DNA of 64,000 bases from Yuukianura sp. NJ FZ-2021 (Eukaryota), in assembly GCA_046563655.1 (NCBI GenBank), contig CM102285.1:7750001-7814000 (forward strand), read 5' to 3'. Of the stretch, positions 33,985 through 47,700 are shown in pieces (within the stretch, counting starts at the first letter, position 1; each line of letters begins with the position of its first letter). A model generated the notes under the pieces. The model was not told the origin of the DNA. It did no database searches and was given only the letters and a program-made list of their open reading frames with translations. Position numbers and translations under genes: made by a program.

Positions 33985-34185
33985 GTTATGTCATTGTATC
34001 AACTGGAATTGTATCAGCACTCAAGTGTGTCAACAGCCAGTTGTATCAACAACTAACGTAACCAAATCTAAGCTAAGGAAATTTAGCCGTTACGCACGCT
34101 CGTTGATACAATTGACCAGTTGCCACAATTCTAGTCGACACAATCAGTTGATGCAATGTCAGTTGATACAATTCAATTTGCACCA
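33985..34185. repeat. Small foldback element with ~15-bp subrepeats in inverted orientation
   Basis: TTGTATCAAC-type units on the left, GTTGATACAA-type units on the right. Confidence 0.5.
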
Positions 34186-35854
34186 TGGCGTGCTCCGAGA
34201 TTCTGGTCTCATTACTCTGGCCTGAGAAATGATCCCGAGGGATCCCAGTGTTAAAGATGTTTAGGTCGCAGACTGTTATCAAATTTCGTCCTGTTGCCTA
34301 TGACAACTGCCTCAAATATTCCTAAAAAATCAGTCAACAAACCTTACAGAGAAAAAATTGAACATTAGGTTTTGCTTTTGTCATTGTCTCAATTTTCTCA
34401 GAAAAATATAAACTGTAAATGGACAGAAAGATATTTCCGTTTTGTATAATTTATAGCAGGAAGAAAACAGGAGACCACGATGCGTTTCGAACCGTGGAGA
34501 AAGGAACATCTCCCTCGTTTTGAAATCCAAGAATTTTCTGAATCAAAATTTTGAATAAAAATAGTGGCCCGCTAGTTCTTCCACTTCCTCCAGAGAAAGT
34601 GGATATCTCGGAATTTACCAAGTATTGAGTCCATGTCTTTTTGTCCGAAGGGGAAGCCGAGATTTGAAGAAAGAAGAAAAATGAGGCCATAAATCATGGT
34701 GACCGTGTCGACATGAATATTAACCTCAGCATGACGGACCATTTACCATGTCGCCATTACCGCCATGATCCAAATGTTGTTGGCAGACACCAAGCAGAGA
34801 GTTAAAAAACAACAGGGCTATATACTCAAACATCAGTTTGAACGTACATTATCTCCTTTCCTTCTTCCGCAATGCAAGCAAAATTGCCCACTTTTGAGGG
34901 TTCCCTCCAAATTTTGGATTTAGTTTTTACTGTTTTGACACAAAACTTTCTGAAATCCAAAAATAGAAGTAAACATCATACAGGATTTATGAATTATTCA
35001 GCGATTTGACTAATGTAAAAACTTGATCAAAATTGAAAAAAAAAAACAAGCCCGTGGATTTTAGTTGTTGTTAAATAAACCAACCAATTTCGTGAAAAAA
35101 CCACAATTAAGAATGCAGATTTCTGGAACTGAAATTGCAAACATCAGTCGGCGTCAAATTCCACATTGCTCTTTCATTTCCTAATCGTGCCATGTAAACA
35201 ACGGAATTGTTTCCTCAGATATGTAGGGCTTACCTAATGCTGCTAATATTACCAAATATAGCCTAACCCTCAACATCTATCCCGGGTTGGTATAGTCATA
35301 AGGAAACACATTTGGATTGGTGAAAGGACGTCGGTGAAAGCTGGACTTACCTGCGGTAGTGGACTGTAAGCGGAAGGCGGCACGGTTTCTCTGATGAGAT
35401 GATTTTATTTACGATCTCGCTTCCGCACTTTCACTTAAACGAGCGCACCAATGGTGAAAAGACTTAGACTACTCACGGTCAGAGAAGCTGTTCCGTTGGA
35501 GGTAAGAAAGTAGACGGAGGAGTAAGAAAGTGCTATTTTCCCAGTTGGATCCTGTTGGCTCTGTATACTTTACAGGCAAACAGAACAGTAATCCATCTCC
35601 CCAAACGTAAAGACTAGGCAATTGTACCCTTCGTTTTGAGATGCTGTCGAAAGTGATTCAATCATAAATGAACAAACTGCCGATTCATCTTCAAACTTCT
35701 TGCTAATGTAAATAAATTTTAACTGTCTAAGCCCAATTTTCCCCAAACCCCGTTAACACAAAATCAAAATTAACTAAATCACATTAAAAAACGTGACATA
35801 TACTGAGTATAAAAATTCACCAGCTTTTTATTCTTATCTCCACATGCTTTTTTC

Positions 35855-36385
35855 TAATTATTATTATATTATTATTATTCTTTATGTTTATATTATATTA
35901 ATATTATTATTATTCTTTATTTTTTATTATTTTTTTTTGCGGGATTTATTGACTTTAGCATATACTCTATCAACAAGGGTTAGGGAATTTCTGGGTTGGG
36001 TTGAGGTCCTATGGGGTGGGGCGGTGGTACAGTCACATAGTTGGCGAGAAGTTCTGAGGGAAGGACGAAAGGCTTTCTCCTAGAGCTAAACGGGCTAGGG
36101 CCCTACCACATATCACAGCTCCAGGCAAGTGACAGGAACAGCATCGTACGCATACCGGCCCATGACCCCCCTCCACAACAGCAACTACTGACCTCTTCAC
36201 ACGCACCCATAACCCCCCAAACTGACCTATCATCCGAACACCCCATCTGGGCTAGGAAAGTGGAAAAACCATTTCTGGAAAACGACTTTCGTGTCGGCGA
36301 CGCCGGGACTCGAACCCGCGCCCGTCCAAGGTGTTAGTAGGATAGAGCCGGAGCTCTAGTCCCCCCGGCCTACGGGCCTTGGACT
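35855..36385 (-). mobile_element. tRNA-derived SINE with (TAA)n-like tail
   Basis: Minus-strand head GTCCAAGGCCCGTAGGCCGGGGGG...GGGTTCGAGTCCC (A-box-like and B-box), ~450-bp body, A/TAA-rich tail; second head copy at ~50790-50882. Confidence 0.75.
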
Positions 36386-36940
36386 ATTATTATTATTTTT
36401 TATTATCATTATATTATTATTATTATTGTTGTTGTTATTATTATTATTATTATTATCCCCAGCAGCAAACAAGAAGTTCCAAGAATTCTGTGGAATTGAT
36501 TTTCCGGGAACACAATCAATTCCTAAGAAGGTTCATTTTGGGAACTGGGTATTCCTGGAAACCTCTTCAGGAATTCCCTGATGTCGGCTATTAGGTATCC
36601 CTTTCGGAGATCCACCAAAGAACTCTTTGGAATACCTCTCGAGGAACTGCGTTGCTCATCCAAAATTAGGACTTCCTAACCCTTCTCTGCGAAGAATTCC
36701 GTGGAACACCAAAGATTGTAAAAAGAAGGCTTTTGAAGTCTTTCAAATAACGTTTTTAGAATTTATTGGAAGTTCTACAGTAACAGTTTTACTTGAGTAT
36801 TAATGTAACTAAATGCCACAACCTACATTTGCGAATCGATTTTTCACAGTACGAAGAATTACGCTATTATTCAAGAGTTGGATTATTGTTGTGACGCAGC
36901 TTTCCTTTGCATGTGACCAGTTAGTTCCTATAAAAATAAT

Positions 36941-37860
36941 ACAGTGCTGTTATAGAAAAAGTAGACACCAACAAACTCGAAAGTTTGTTTATTTGCAAAA
37001 TTCTGGGGCGTGATTAGTACCAAATTAAAAAAAAACTCTGCGCAACATAAATTCGCTTAAATGAGTTGCTCAAAATGGCTTCCATCCGCAGTAAGACAAT
37101 AACCTAATCTTTCGTAGAATCCTTTGCGAGCATTCTGTAAAGTTGACAGTGGCAATGCGGCGAAAGCGTCTTCAATTTTTTGACCCAATTCATCTAACGT
37201 TAAGCTTCGCTCTTTGAACACTTCGTGCTTGATGATGACCCAGTAACAAAAATCCAGCGGAGTCAAATCAGGGGATCTTGCTGGCCATGAAATCGGTTTC
37301 GATCCTCGTCCAATCCATTTACCAGGAAAACAGTCGTCCAAAAAATCACGCACATTTATCTTGAAATGAGCGGGAGCGCCATCTTGCTGATAACATATTT
37401 CATCTTGCGCTAGTTGCTCAATTGCTCGACCAATCTATTTTTGAAGCATATCCAAATAGTTGTCTCCTGTAATGTTCCCATCAAAGAAAAACGGACCAAC
37501 TATACGATCTCCAAAAACCCCAGCCCAGACGTTCAGCTTTTGTACGTTTTGCTTCTTGCTGTCTCTCATCCATCTTGGATTTTCTTTTGCCCAATACCTA
37601 AAAAAGAATTATGATTATAAAAGATGATTTTAATTTCATTTTTACAGTTGCATTTTAAAGTAAGTTTTTTTTAAAGTAAGATACCGATAATTTTGATGAT
37701 TGAATTTGCTATTCAAATAGAATGTTGCTTCATCGCTGAACAAAATGCTGGAGACAAAATTTGGGTCTTGGTTAATCATATCCACCATAGTTTCGCAAAA
37801 TTCCATTCGCTTCAGATGATCATCTGGATTGAGTGTGTGCTTGAACGTCGTTTTATACAG
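36941..37860 (-). pseudogene. Tc1/mariner-superfamily transposase remnant (DD41D/rosa-like), one intron (37598-37684) and one in-frame stop
   Basis: ILFSDEATF..NYR|YWAKENP..KLNVWAG..GPFFF..QQDGAPAH..WPARSPDLTPLDF; TAG at ~37436; probable end TA|CAGTG near 36941; 5' part missing. Confidence 0.85.
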
Positions 37861-38049
37861 AGGGTGTTCGGTCCTATTTGGCCCACTTTATAATTTGGCC
37901 TCACTCGGTCATGGGATAAGCTATGTAAATTTTTTGAGGGATTCATTGTATGGCGCTTACCAAACACTGTCAATTTTTTTCACAACTCCAACTTCCATAT
38001 TGCCGGAGCAACTAGCACTGGAAGTCGAGGTATGAAAATAAAAGTTTTC

Positions 38050-38480
38050 CAGACACAACTCAAATCCTTCGCTCACCGAAGATGATACCGTTTTTTCAGT
38101 ACGCCAAGGCCCAACAAATCCATTCTACTTACATCAGCGCTCTTACCAGGGATCTCTGAGCTGGGAATGACCTTGATTCCTTTTGTTTGCTCCGAATACA
38201 AAGCGTACCGCGTTGTTTTGCTTGACGTGTCGGACGCAGGGACATAAAAACTTTGCCCAGCACTCCCTGGTACATGGATGGAAGGTAAATTTCAAGTAAA
38301 CGCTTGAAAGCATAATTGACAACCTTTTCCGAGTTAATCTTCGTGTTCCGTGTTACTGGGGTAAACGGGACGACGCCACGGTGAGTCAGGTACCGACGAC
38401 CGTCATGTTCACGAAAAACTTTCACAAGTGGCTGTTTTTCCTCACCCGGAAAAACCGAAAGTTGGTGTTTTTCGAGCGAT
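38050..38480 (-). pseudogene. Highly degraded second mariner-like transposase fragment
   Basis: Frame-broken pieces (TKINSEK.VNY.FK.LL, PSSPD, MDL..LGVLK) resembling a DDD domain. Confidence 0.35.
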
Positions 38481-38781
38481 GGGAGGCCGAAAAATTTTTA
38501 ACTGTGACGGATTCTAATGGCATCGAATACATTGATACGGACACCCCGTTTCGATGGTATCCGACCTCTCACAGGAGTTGTACGATTTTTTGTTTGAAAA
38601 TCGGCCTCCGGAAACTCTATTTTTCCATACCACGACTTCCGGTGCTAATTACTTCGGCAATATGGAAGCTGGAGTTGTGAAAAAAATTGACATTATTTGG
38701 TAAGCGCCATAAAGTGAATCCCTCAAGAAAAAATTTACATAACTTATACCATGACCGAGTGAGACAAAATTATTATAATTA

Positions 38782-38815
38782 TTATAATAGCGAAGCTATT
38801 ATGATAAAAGTGGTT

Positions 38816-38846
<31 letters not shown>

Positions 38847-39769
38847 CTGTCTGTCTGTCCAGATTAATTATCTCAGAAACTACTGGTCCGATTTGATTCC
38901 GGTTTTCACCAGTGACCATGTCATGACCCGGACTAGGTCACTATTGAATATGACCCCGGGTGTCAACTCCTTCCGGGTCAAAGGTCAAGGTCAACCGGTT
39001 TTATCCCCGGTAACCGGGAAAATGACCTCTACAAAAGTTGTTCATCTCATCGAGTGGAACAACTTTTGTGTTTAATGTGTGACCCTAGGTCACCTCCTTC
39101 CGGGTCAAAATTGATTTCAAAGGTCATTTGTAATGCAAGTGCGGGTACAAAAAACTCTGCTTGTGAGACTGGAAAGGCAATTGGCATGGGACTTGATTCT
39201 CTGCTTAGCAAAAAATCTATTACGCAGTTGACAGATACACTTCACACACTCATGCACTGTGTCCACCGGGTGTCACCTGTCACCTGCCGGGTGTCATCTG
39301 TCACCTCTCAGTTGCCGGGTGTCACCTGTCACCTGTCACGTCTCAGCTGTCACGTCTCACCTGTCACCTGTCACGCCTCAGCTGTCACGTCTCACCTGTC
39401 ACCTGCCGGGTGTCACCTGTCACCTCTCAGTTGCCGGGTGTCACCTGTCACCTGCCACGTCTCAGCTGTCACGTCTCACCTGTCACCTGTCACGCCTCAG
39501 CTGTCACGTCTCACCTGTCACCTGTCACGCCTCAGCTGTCACGTCTCACCTGTCACCTGTCACGCCTCAGCTGTCACGTCACACCTGTCAACACCCCCTG
39601 GGGGGGGCGGGAAAGTGGGGGAACACACCTCCACTCCCCCGGGGGGGGGGGCGGGAAAGTGGGGGAAACACACCCCCACTCCCCCGGGGGGGGGGCGGGA
39701 AAGTGGGGGAACACACTGCCTTCCCTATTGCTTCGCTATTATCATTATGGGCGGTTTACAACCGGTTTA
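38782..39769 (+). mobile_element. Non-autonomous Helentron (DINE-1/HINE-like), copy A1
   Basis: 5' hairpin ATAATAGC-GAA-GCTATTAT, (GTCY)n microsatellite, conserved core, central TGTCACC tandem repeats, 3' subTIR GCTTCGCTATTAT and terminal hairpin CGGTTTACAACCG followed by T-rich end. Confidence 0.88.
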
Positions 39770-41262
39770 TTATAATAGCGAAGCTATTATGATAAAAGTG
39801 GTTTGTCTGTCTGTCTGTCCGTCTGTCTGTCTGTCTGTCCAGATTAATTATCTCAGAAACTACTGGTCCGATTTGATTCCGGTTTTCACCAGTGACCATG
39901 TCATGACCCGGGCTTGGTCACTATTGAATATGACCCCGGGTGTCAACTCCTTCCGGGTCAAAGGTCAAGGTCAACCGGTTTTATCCCTGGTAACCGGGAA
40001 AATGACCTCTACAAAAGTTGTTCATCTCATCGAGGGGAACAACTTTTGTGTGTAATGTGTGACCCTAGGTCACCTGCTTCCGGGTCAAAATGGATTTCAA
40101 AGGTCATTTGTAATGCAACTGTGTGTAACAAAAACTCTGCTTGTGAGACTGGAAAGGCAATTGGCATGGGAGTTGGTTCTCTGCTTAGCAAAAAATCTAT
40201 TACGCAGTTGACATAGCATACACTTTACAAACTGTTGCACTGTGTCCACCGGGTGTCACCTGTCACTTGCCAGGTGTCACCTGTCGCCTGTAACTTGCCG
40301 GGTGTCACCTGTCACCTGTTAATTACCGGGTGTCAGCTGTCAGATACCGGGTGTCACCTGTCACCCTCACGTGTCACTTGCCGGGTGTCACCTGTCACGT
40401 CTCACCTGTCACCTGTCATGCCTTAGCTGTCACGTCTCACCTGTCAACACCCCCTGGGGGGGGGCGGCAAAGTGGGGGGAACACACCCCCACTCACCCTG
40501 GGGCTCGGGAAAGTGGGGGGAACACACCCCCACTCACCCTGGGGGCGGGAAAGTGGTGGGATCACACCGCCACTCACCCTGGGGGGGGCGGGAAAGTGGT
40601 GGGAACACGCCCCCACGCCTCCTGGGGTGCGGAGCAAAAAAAGCGGGAAAATACACCCCCCTCTCCCCTGGCGGGGCGGGAAAGTTGGGGGAACACACCC
40701 CTGCTCACTCTTGGAGGGGGGGGGGCTTCAGTGTGATTTACAAAACTGCCCTATTCTTCGCTATTATCATTAGGGATGCCCCGATTCTTGGTTTGGCCGA
40801 TACCCGATACACCTGTTTTTTTCCACATGTAAGAACAGGCAAACCTATACATCGGCCGGTTTTTTTCCTACACACAGATGACTCGGCGTCGTTTTGTCAT
40901 GTTTTTTTTAACACGGGAACAAGCGCTCACTTGTGTAATTTAAATTAGTTAACCTTTTATACCGTTTTAACTTCTTCTTTTGACTAATTATTAACACTAA
41001 ATATCGAAAACAGCATCCTAGGTTAGCTAAATCTTGTTTATAATTTGTTAATTCAGTATTTTTCGATGAAATTTAGTGAAATTTCAAATAAATTTCTGAG
41101 TAAAAAGAATAGGTAAAAACAGGCCAGTTTAACTGGCCAAAACTTTTTTCAGCCGATCCACCTATTCTAAAAAACAGGCCAAGAATAGGCCTATATGTAT
41201 CGGCCAACCGATGTATCGGGGCATCCCTAATTATCATTATGGGCGGTTTACAACCGGTTTAT
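39770..41262 (+). mobile_element. HINE-like copy A2, head-to-tail with A1, interrupted by a hAT MITE
   Basis: Same ends and core; junction ACCGGTTTAT|TATAATAGCG; 3' end resumes at 41230. Confidence 0.88.
40771..41229. mobile_element. hAT-type MITE
   Basis: TIR TAGGGATGCCCCGAT / ATCGGGGCATCCCTA; 8-bp TSD ATTATCAT (40763-40770, 41230-41237). Confidence 0.92.
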
Positions 41263-41727
41263 TATTAGTATTATTATACTTCGGTTACACTATTCTTCTC
41301 TTCAAAATACGAACACTCATTTTTAAACTTTTCTTTGTAAGCTATACAATCGAAATCAATTTGTTCCTTCACTTCATTAAATTGCCATTGTTGGTGAAGT
41401 TCATTTAAAACAATATTATATGTGATTTTAAGTCAAGCTTGAACCAGGTTGTGTAGTAAATTAAATCATCTGCTTGAATGCCAAAGATTATTTCAGTTTT
41501 TAACTTCATCTTTTCTTTCTATCTTTTACGTAGAATTCCCAAAGGTAAAACCCGAAAAACCTTTTCGGTTCTAATTATCCGATTACGCAAAGTAGCTGGG
41601 AGCGATGTTGTTACTCGAATCTTGCAGATTGTGAATTGCTACGTTTGCCGATAAACGCACAGGAAAAAACACTTATTAGCCTGGTTACCTGTTTGAGTAA
41701 ATTCAAACGTTAACAATCCATTCAGGA

Positions 41728-42662
41728 CATAGAGTTACCAAGACGATTCGATTTTTTTTCTTTTAACTAGAGCGGACATTTGGCATTTTTTAAACAAAAT
41801 TTTTGAAGCAAATCCAAAGCGGGTCAAAGCGGAAAAAAAACCGATTTCATCTGAACTTTAAGCCCGGTTCTCACAACGAAATCCGTACGTCCATTTCTTA
41901 AACTTTCTAAAATTGTTAATAAAAAAAAGTTAAAAGTATTACTCTCAGAAAAATATCTGCCCAAGGATGCACAAGCAAATTCAAATGATCTTTCTTCAAA
42001 ATTTACCTAGCTATATTACTGCTACTGACTAGATCTGACTGTTGGGATATTGACGAGGATCGGGAAGTGACAAGAATCGGAAGTGACAAGAATCGGGAAG
42101 TGAGTAGAAGTAGGAATGGAAGAAGAACAATTATCTGAAGCTGCAACAACTACATCCAATTTTTAATGTAAATTTAAATTTTAACTTGTTGCTGTAGATT
42201 ATATCTTTGATGAAGTTGATGAAACGTAATTTAATTGCTCGGCAAATCTTGGTAAATTTTAGCCAGTATATTGGTATTCAACTTAACTACATAGGATAAG
42301 ATATTTGGGTCAAAACTTACTTCTGTTCACTATTTCTATCATGTGAGATATCTGGGTGAATATTTTTCTCAAAACTCTGTTCCTAACATTTTCATGCCGA
42401 TTTTTCGAAAAGAACATTCGAATTTGCTGGTGCATCCTTGGGCAGGTATTTTTCTCAGAGTAATACTTTTAACGTTTTTTATTAACAATTTTAGAAAGTT
42501 TAAGAAATGGTCGTATGAATTTCGTCGTGAGAATCGGGCTTAAAGTTCAGATGAAATCGGTTTTTTTCGGCTTTGGATTTGCTTCAAAAATTTTGTTTAA
42601 AAAATGCCAAATGTCCACTCTAGTTAAAGGAAAAAAAATCGAATCGTCTTGGTAACTCTATG
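41728..42662. mobile_element. P-superfamily-like MITE with long (~270 bp) TIRs
   Basis: CATAGAGTTACCAAGACGATTCG ... CGAATCGTCTTGGTAACTCTATG; 8-bp TSD ATTCAGGA; empty site at ~15645. Confidence 0.9.
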
Positions 42663-42954
42663 ATTCAGGAGTCCTTTCCAAACTTGAAAATGTTTTAGAC
42701 TTTGAACAAGTTTTGAACATAGAGTTACCAAGACGATTGTGATTTTTTTTTCTTTTAACTAGAGGGGACATTAGGCATTTTTTCAACAAAATTTTTGAAG
42801 CATTTTCAAAGTGGAGTGGAGTGGAAAAAAAAACCAATTTCATCCTAAGGTTAACCATGCTTCATACACAATCTTTGAATATTCATTTTGCAAAATTTCT
42901 AAAGTTAAGGTTACGATGGGCAGATTCGTTTATACGCAATTTCCCATAAGACTT

Positions 42955-43585
42955 CAGGTGCATTGGCTGTATGATTGGCTAGGCGCTCAAAAAACTACGA
43001 CCACACTTTTCGTATTAGCATACGCTGCTCCACATCACGAGAGTTTGCTATCGAACGAATACAGGACCCTTCGTCCAGGTTTTCTGGAAGACGTTTCAGA
43101 AATCTTCGGAGTTCTGCGTTCTTTTGCTTCGCACGGCAAAACAGTTGAAGATTCGTCAGATAGCAAACTCTCGGGGTGTTGAGCAGCGAAAATACGAAAA
43201 GTGTGGTCGTAGTTTTTTGAGCGCCTAACCAATCATACAGAAGATGCACCTTAAGATTGGGTCAGAGTTCACGAATTTTGTGTTTACAATTGACAATTTC
43301 GTATTACGTCACCAAGAGTTGGGGCAACCTGAGAATTGAGGCTAAGAAAAGGCTCACCCACTTCGCCATACCTATTTAGAAAAACTGCGAATGGTTCTCA
43401 AATTTGAAATTTTACGCAGTGATTCGCGAGTTAGCATGAGTTGTACAAAATTTCAATCGTAAAGAATCCACCTGGCCGGGTTTTGCATGATAACGTAATG
43501 TGGGATTTCTCAATTCTCAGTCGTTGCCATGTCTACAAAACGTTATTTGGCGTTATTTTTATTGACCTGCTGTCTCTCCTTAAAA
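42955..43585. repeat. Dispersed repeat with a ~295-bp internal inverted-repeat module (second copy ~49605-50255)
   Basis: AAAACTACGACCACACTTT / AAAGTGTGGTCGTAGTTTT arms in both copies; both end ...TCTCTCCTTAA. Confidence 0.7.
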
Positions 43586-44279
43586 GTAAATAAAACTGAA
43601 AAGTATGTTTTTGAAGCAAATTATCTGCCCATATCTGTTAGGATAGAAATGGTGACTAGTGGTGTGCCTAGAGGATGTGACAGTGTCACATTGTGACACC
43701 AACCCAAAAATTTATTCTCCAAGATAACATCCAAAGTAATGTGTTTTTACTAAAACTTAAATTTAATCTACAATGTAGATTCTACATTTAACGGAATCGA
43801 ACGAATTACCTAATTGTCATATGGATTAGTAATGGTAATCGTGTTATAACGATTACTTTTCACAACGTGGGGATACTGTTGGCATAAAATGAGTGTAATT
43901 TTCTGAGAAATGTAGGGTTTTTGTGGGAATGTTGGTTTAAACCGAAAAAGCCACGTAAACCATGGTTTAAACCAAAAACTGTTTTTTTAAACGAAGAAGT
44001 TAGCCACCCTTTCGGGGTACTTACCTAGACAGCAGGGCCCACCAAGTTCATGTCACCCACTAATTTGTAATAATATGACTACAAATACAAAACTTATTTT
44101 CAGACAGTAGTATTATCTTTAGTATATATCGAATTCGCGAATTTAAACTCTGACGTGAAATAAAATGTTGTGTGAACCAGGCTTAACTTTCATGAAATTG
44201 GGTCAGTTGTCGGGAGAAACGTCGCAAAACATTTGTTTCAAAATTTTTGTTTAAAATGGTCCTAATGTCGCATCTAGTT

Positions 44280-44769
44280 CAAGGTAACTAAACATAAATA
44301 CACATGATCTTTCTAAGGTAGTCTCACGAGCAGGTTTTTAATATTTTTTTGCGATATTTTTTGGTGGGGCGGATTGTTCGGTTTCCAAGGAACTAAACTG
44401 TATAAAATTCATGCAAAGGTTGGTTGAGGTAACAATGATGTGTTAGTTGTTCCCAACTATCAGTATTTTAGGCAAATCAACTATTTGTCATTGAGTTGCA
44501 TTGAATTCGTAGTATTTATAAGCGTAAAATTTGTTTACTCCATTTTCCAATCCTAAAATCAATGCAAACCACTAGCCCGATGATTGGGTACCTTGGATGG
44601 TCACAATGGAGGAATTTGATTTTGTACTCCGACCGAAGGAAAACGTTGTCAGAGGAATGTTTAAAAAACAAACAATCCGCCCCACCAAAAAATATCGCAA
44701 AAATAGCTGAAAAAACCGCTCGTGAGACTACCTTAGAAAGCGCATGTTTGTTTATGTTTAGTTACCTTG
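44280..44769. mobile_element. P-like MITE (CAAGG ends) nested in the 42718-44812 element
   Basis: CAAGGTAACTAAACATAAA ... TTTATGTTTAGTTACCTTG; 8-bp TSD ATCTAGTT (44272-44279, 44770-44777). Confidence 0.9.
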
Positions 44770-47700
44770 ATCTAGTTAATAATAATTTTTTTGTTTGTTT
44801 TAAAAATCTTTGATTTTGAAAGTGGAAGAACAAAATAAAAATGGAAAAAAAGGCAGGAAAAAGCCAACACGAAGAAACGATTCTTAAAGAACGAACTACG
44901 ATCGGTTTTCTTTTCTTTAAGAAATTGGAGAGCTTAAAAGACTTTGCCGTTTCTTTACCTTGTTCTTCGCTAAAAATAAACTCTCTGAACAGACGATATA
45001 AATAAGTATCGTGTCATCAATTTTTGTGAATTCCCTACAAAATATTAATGGCATTGACATCTGACCTCAGAGGTTAGAGGTCATCTGAAACCAAATAACA
45101 ATCGGGATCTCCGTGTCATTAACCATCCATCCAAAGACACCCCTTCCGAATCGTTTCATTTGTTTCCGATTGTAAAAACGACGATAAAATTGGCATTTGA
45201 CCATGTTAAAGGTCACTCAAGGTTAAAAAAGAATAACCTTATTTTTAGTCCCCGTGCCGTCAAATATCTATTCGTGCAAACCGCTTCCGAATCTGTTCAA
45301 TCATTCCGAATTGCGTAGAAAACGATGACCCTGGACTATGACACTATACAGTCTGACGTCAATTGCACAGCGGAATCTTTTTCATCAGGTCAGCAGCTAA
45401 CGCCACCAATACTAAACTCGGTTGGAGGTTCGTAGAGTGGCTCTCGACTTATAATCATTAACAGGACGAACGTACGGAACGCCGGACGGACCAAAACCTA
45501 TTATGTATCTGACGACAGTTAGAAATCGTTGTTTGATTTTATTTTTGAAATTTCATGAATTAAGATAACTGTCTTGTTTTTGTCGTGGTAAGGTTTTTAT
45601 AATTGATTTTTATGTTTAGCAATATTTGGAAATGTTTTTTTTTGGATTGTTTCCCTTGTCCTTTCTTTTTCATAAAAAAAGAAATAGTGTGAAGAAAGGA
45701 ATTCAGACATGTGGAGAATTGTAAATTTAAAACGTGAGTGTCAAAGCTCACGGAAGTGTAAAGCGTGGAAATGTAGAAACAGGATTTCTCGAATTTTACC
45801 TCGGATTTTACAATTTCAACCAAGAAAGAATCAAAGGTTGATCTCTGTGTAATCTTATGATGAGAGGATGATAAATGACTACTACTACAAAACTTTTTTT
45901 TTCAAGGAAATGGAAACTACGTGGCTCGTATGCTAAATTTTCAACAGGAGTTTCCAAATCCAAAAGAACTTCCCACGTCGTTTTAAAAGTAAAAGTAACA
46001 ATTTTGTTTAAAAACGAAGAAAGCCTTCTCCAGGGTTTTCCCTTCTGTTTGATTTAATTTTGTATTCAGGGCGTTGTCGTGTTTACTCATTTCTTCCCTC
46101 GCAAGAAGTGATAACGATAAGAGCAAAGTTTTAGAATTGAAAGTCAACTCAAATAAATCAATAAATTAGGACCACGGAAAGTCAACTTTACATTTCATTA
46201 TTCTGAAAAGTATAAATGAGATTCTTTTTACTTTTGAACTGTTACTACTATAAATCAAATAACTATTACTACTATAAATCAAATAACTATATACATTGCA
46301 TCACATAGGCATTCAGACTTGGGTAGTTGTATTTTTCGATACTATGATTGGGAATGTCTCAAAAGTAGAATTACTTTTGCCAAAAACTGAAAAGAAACTG
46401 CCGTGTTTCGTGTCGTGGCATGACTATTACTAAAGATCAACTGAACCTTTTGATCTGCGCAATACGTACTAAAGAAACAGAGACTGCCCAGGAAGATGAG
46501 CCCAATTCCATGATTCAAAGAATAATTTAGAAGTCATAATCTTGCTCCACTTTTACTTTCACTGGGAACGACCAAAAGGAAAGTGTGAATTTAATGTTCA
46601 GTTATCAATAGAATGGGCAACGTTTCGTGTCCAGACACGTTTTCAGACAACCTAACCTAACCTAAACTCGGATCCCTTGTCGTTCCATGTCTGTTTCCTC
46701 ATATTTTGGACAGGATAAGAAACGTTTCGTGTCGTATCCTTTCTGTGTATATATGGAGACACGGCACGGAATGAAACGAGGCACGATAAGAGTTCACATG
46801 GTAAAACGGCAAAATTAAATCCTACATTTTGATTCCTCAATTTTAACAATTCCCTCTGAGTCTGTCCCAAAAAGTAAAGCAGAGAGTTTTCGGTAATTGG
46901 TGAACCCCAAAACGCATATGAATGAAGCCAAAGAAAACTTCAGAGTGTGTTTCGTTGAAAAGCTGGCATTCAGTTAAATTATGTAAAGTTGTTACATTTT
47001 GCAACGCTGTTATGGATACGGCACAAGGTCTCACGGGCAATTGATTTAAATCAGCATTAGAGTAAAATCCGAATTTCGTGTTCTGTGTCGGTACGTTTGG
47101 TGTCTGTATCGTGTCCGTGTTCATACAAAAAATACCGTGTCGTATTGCGTCTAAACGTCTCCGTTTCATGTCGTCTCCGCATCTTGGAAGACACGAAACG
47201 AAACGAGACATTCCCAGTCTAGATGAATTCCAATAAAAATGCTTTTCTCCACGTTACAATCCTCATAAAATGTTGAAGTCAAAGAAAAATGGACCATAAA
47301 ATTCTTACTGACGCCTACTAAAGTGAAAGCGAATGTTTACTACACAAATCCTATTTACCTAAAAAATCGAAATCCAACTGCTCCAAATGGTTTGAGATCT
47401 AACTCTTATGTTTAATATGTTTAAGCTCAAAAATTAGGATTCAGCTTTTGAATTTTAACAGACTGGGACAACGAGATTGAGTTAGCTATGTTAGGTTTTA
47501 AAGATTTTGGGTTATAAACTCTAAAGATGTGATTTGAAAATAGTCATTAGGTTAGACTTTTAGATGGTAAAATAATAAAAGTTTATTTTTATATGTGGTT
47601 GACAATGCTATTCTCACAATCACTGTTATGTGTATTATTACCACGCCAGCGTACAAAAAACCAAGGTGGGTAAACAATCAAAGCTACACAAGGTTATCCA

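Larger units (their letters stand above)
42718..44812. mobile_element. P-like non-autonomous element with dissimilar ends and nested insertions
   Basis: CATAGAGTTACC ... AAAAATCTTTG; TSD GTTTTGAA/ATTTTGAA; empty site at ~15690; short relative at 59146-59607. Confidence 0.8.
41275..47650 (+). repeat. Local segmental duplication, copy 2, expanded by MITE insertions
   Basis: Matches 15190-18530 once 41728-42670 and 42718-44820 are removed. Confidence 0.9.

Noticed and set aside
36295..36385. tRNA gene
   Set aside because: Has a B-box but I could not fold a cloverleaf; it is attached to a body and simple-repeat tail and has a second copy, so SINE.
39054..40948. Long Cys/His/Pro/Gly-rich ORFs (also 51119-52972 and 55203-57508)
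   Set aside because: Stop-free translations of HINE internal tandem repeats, open in several frames at once.
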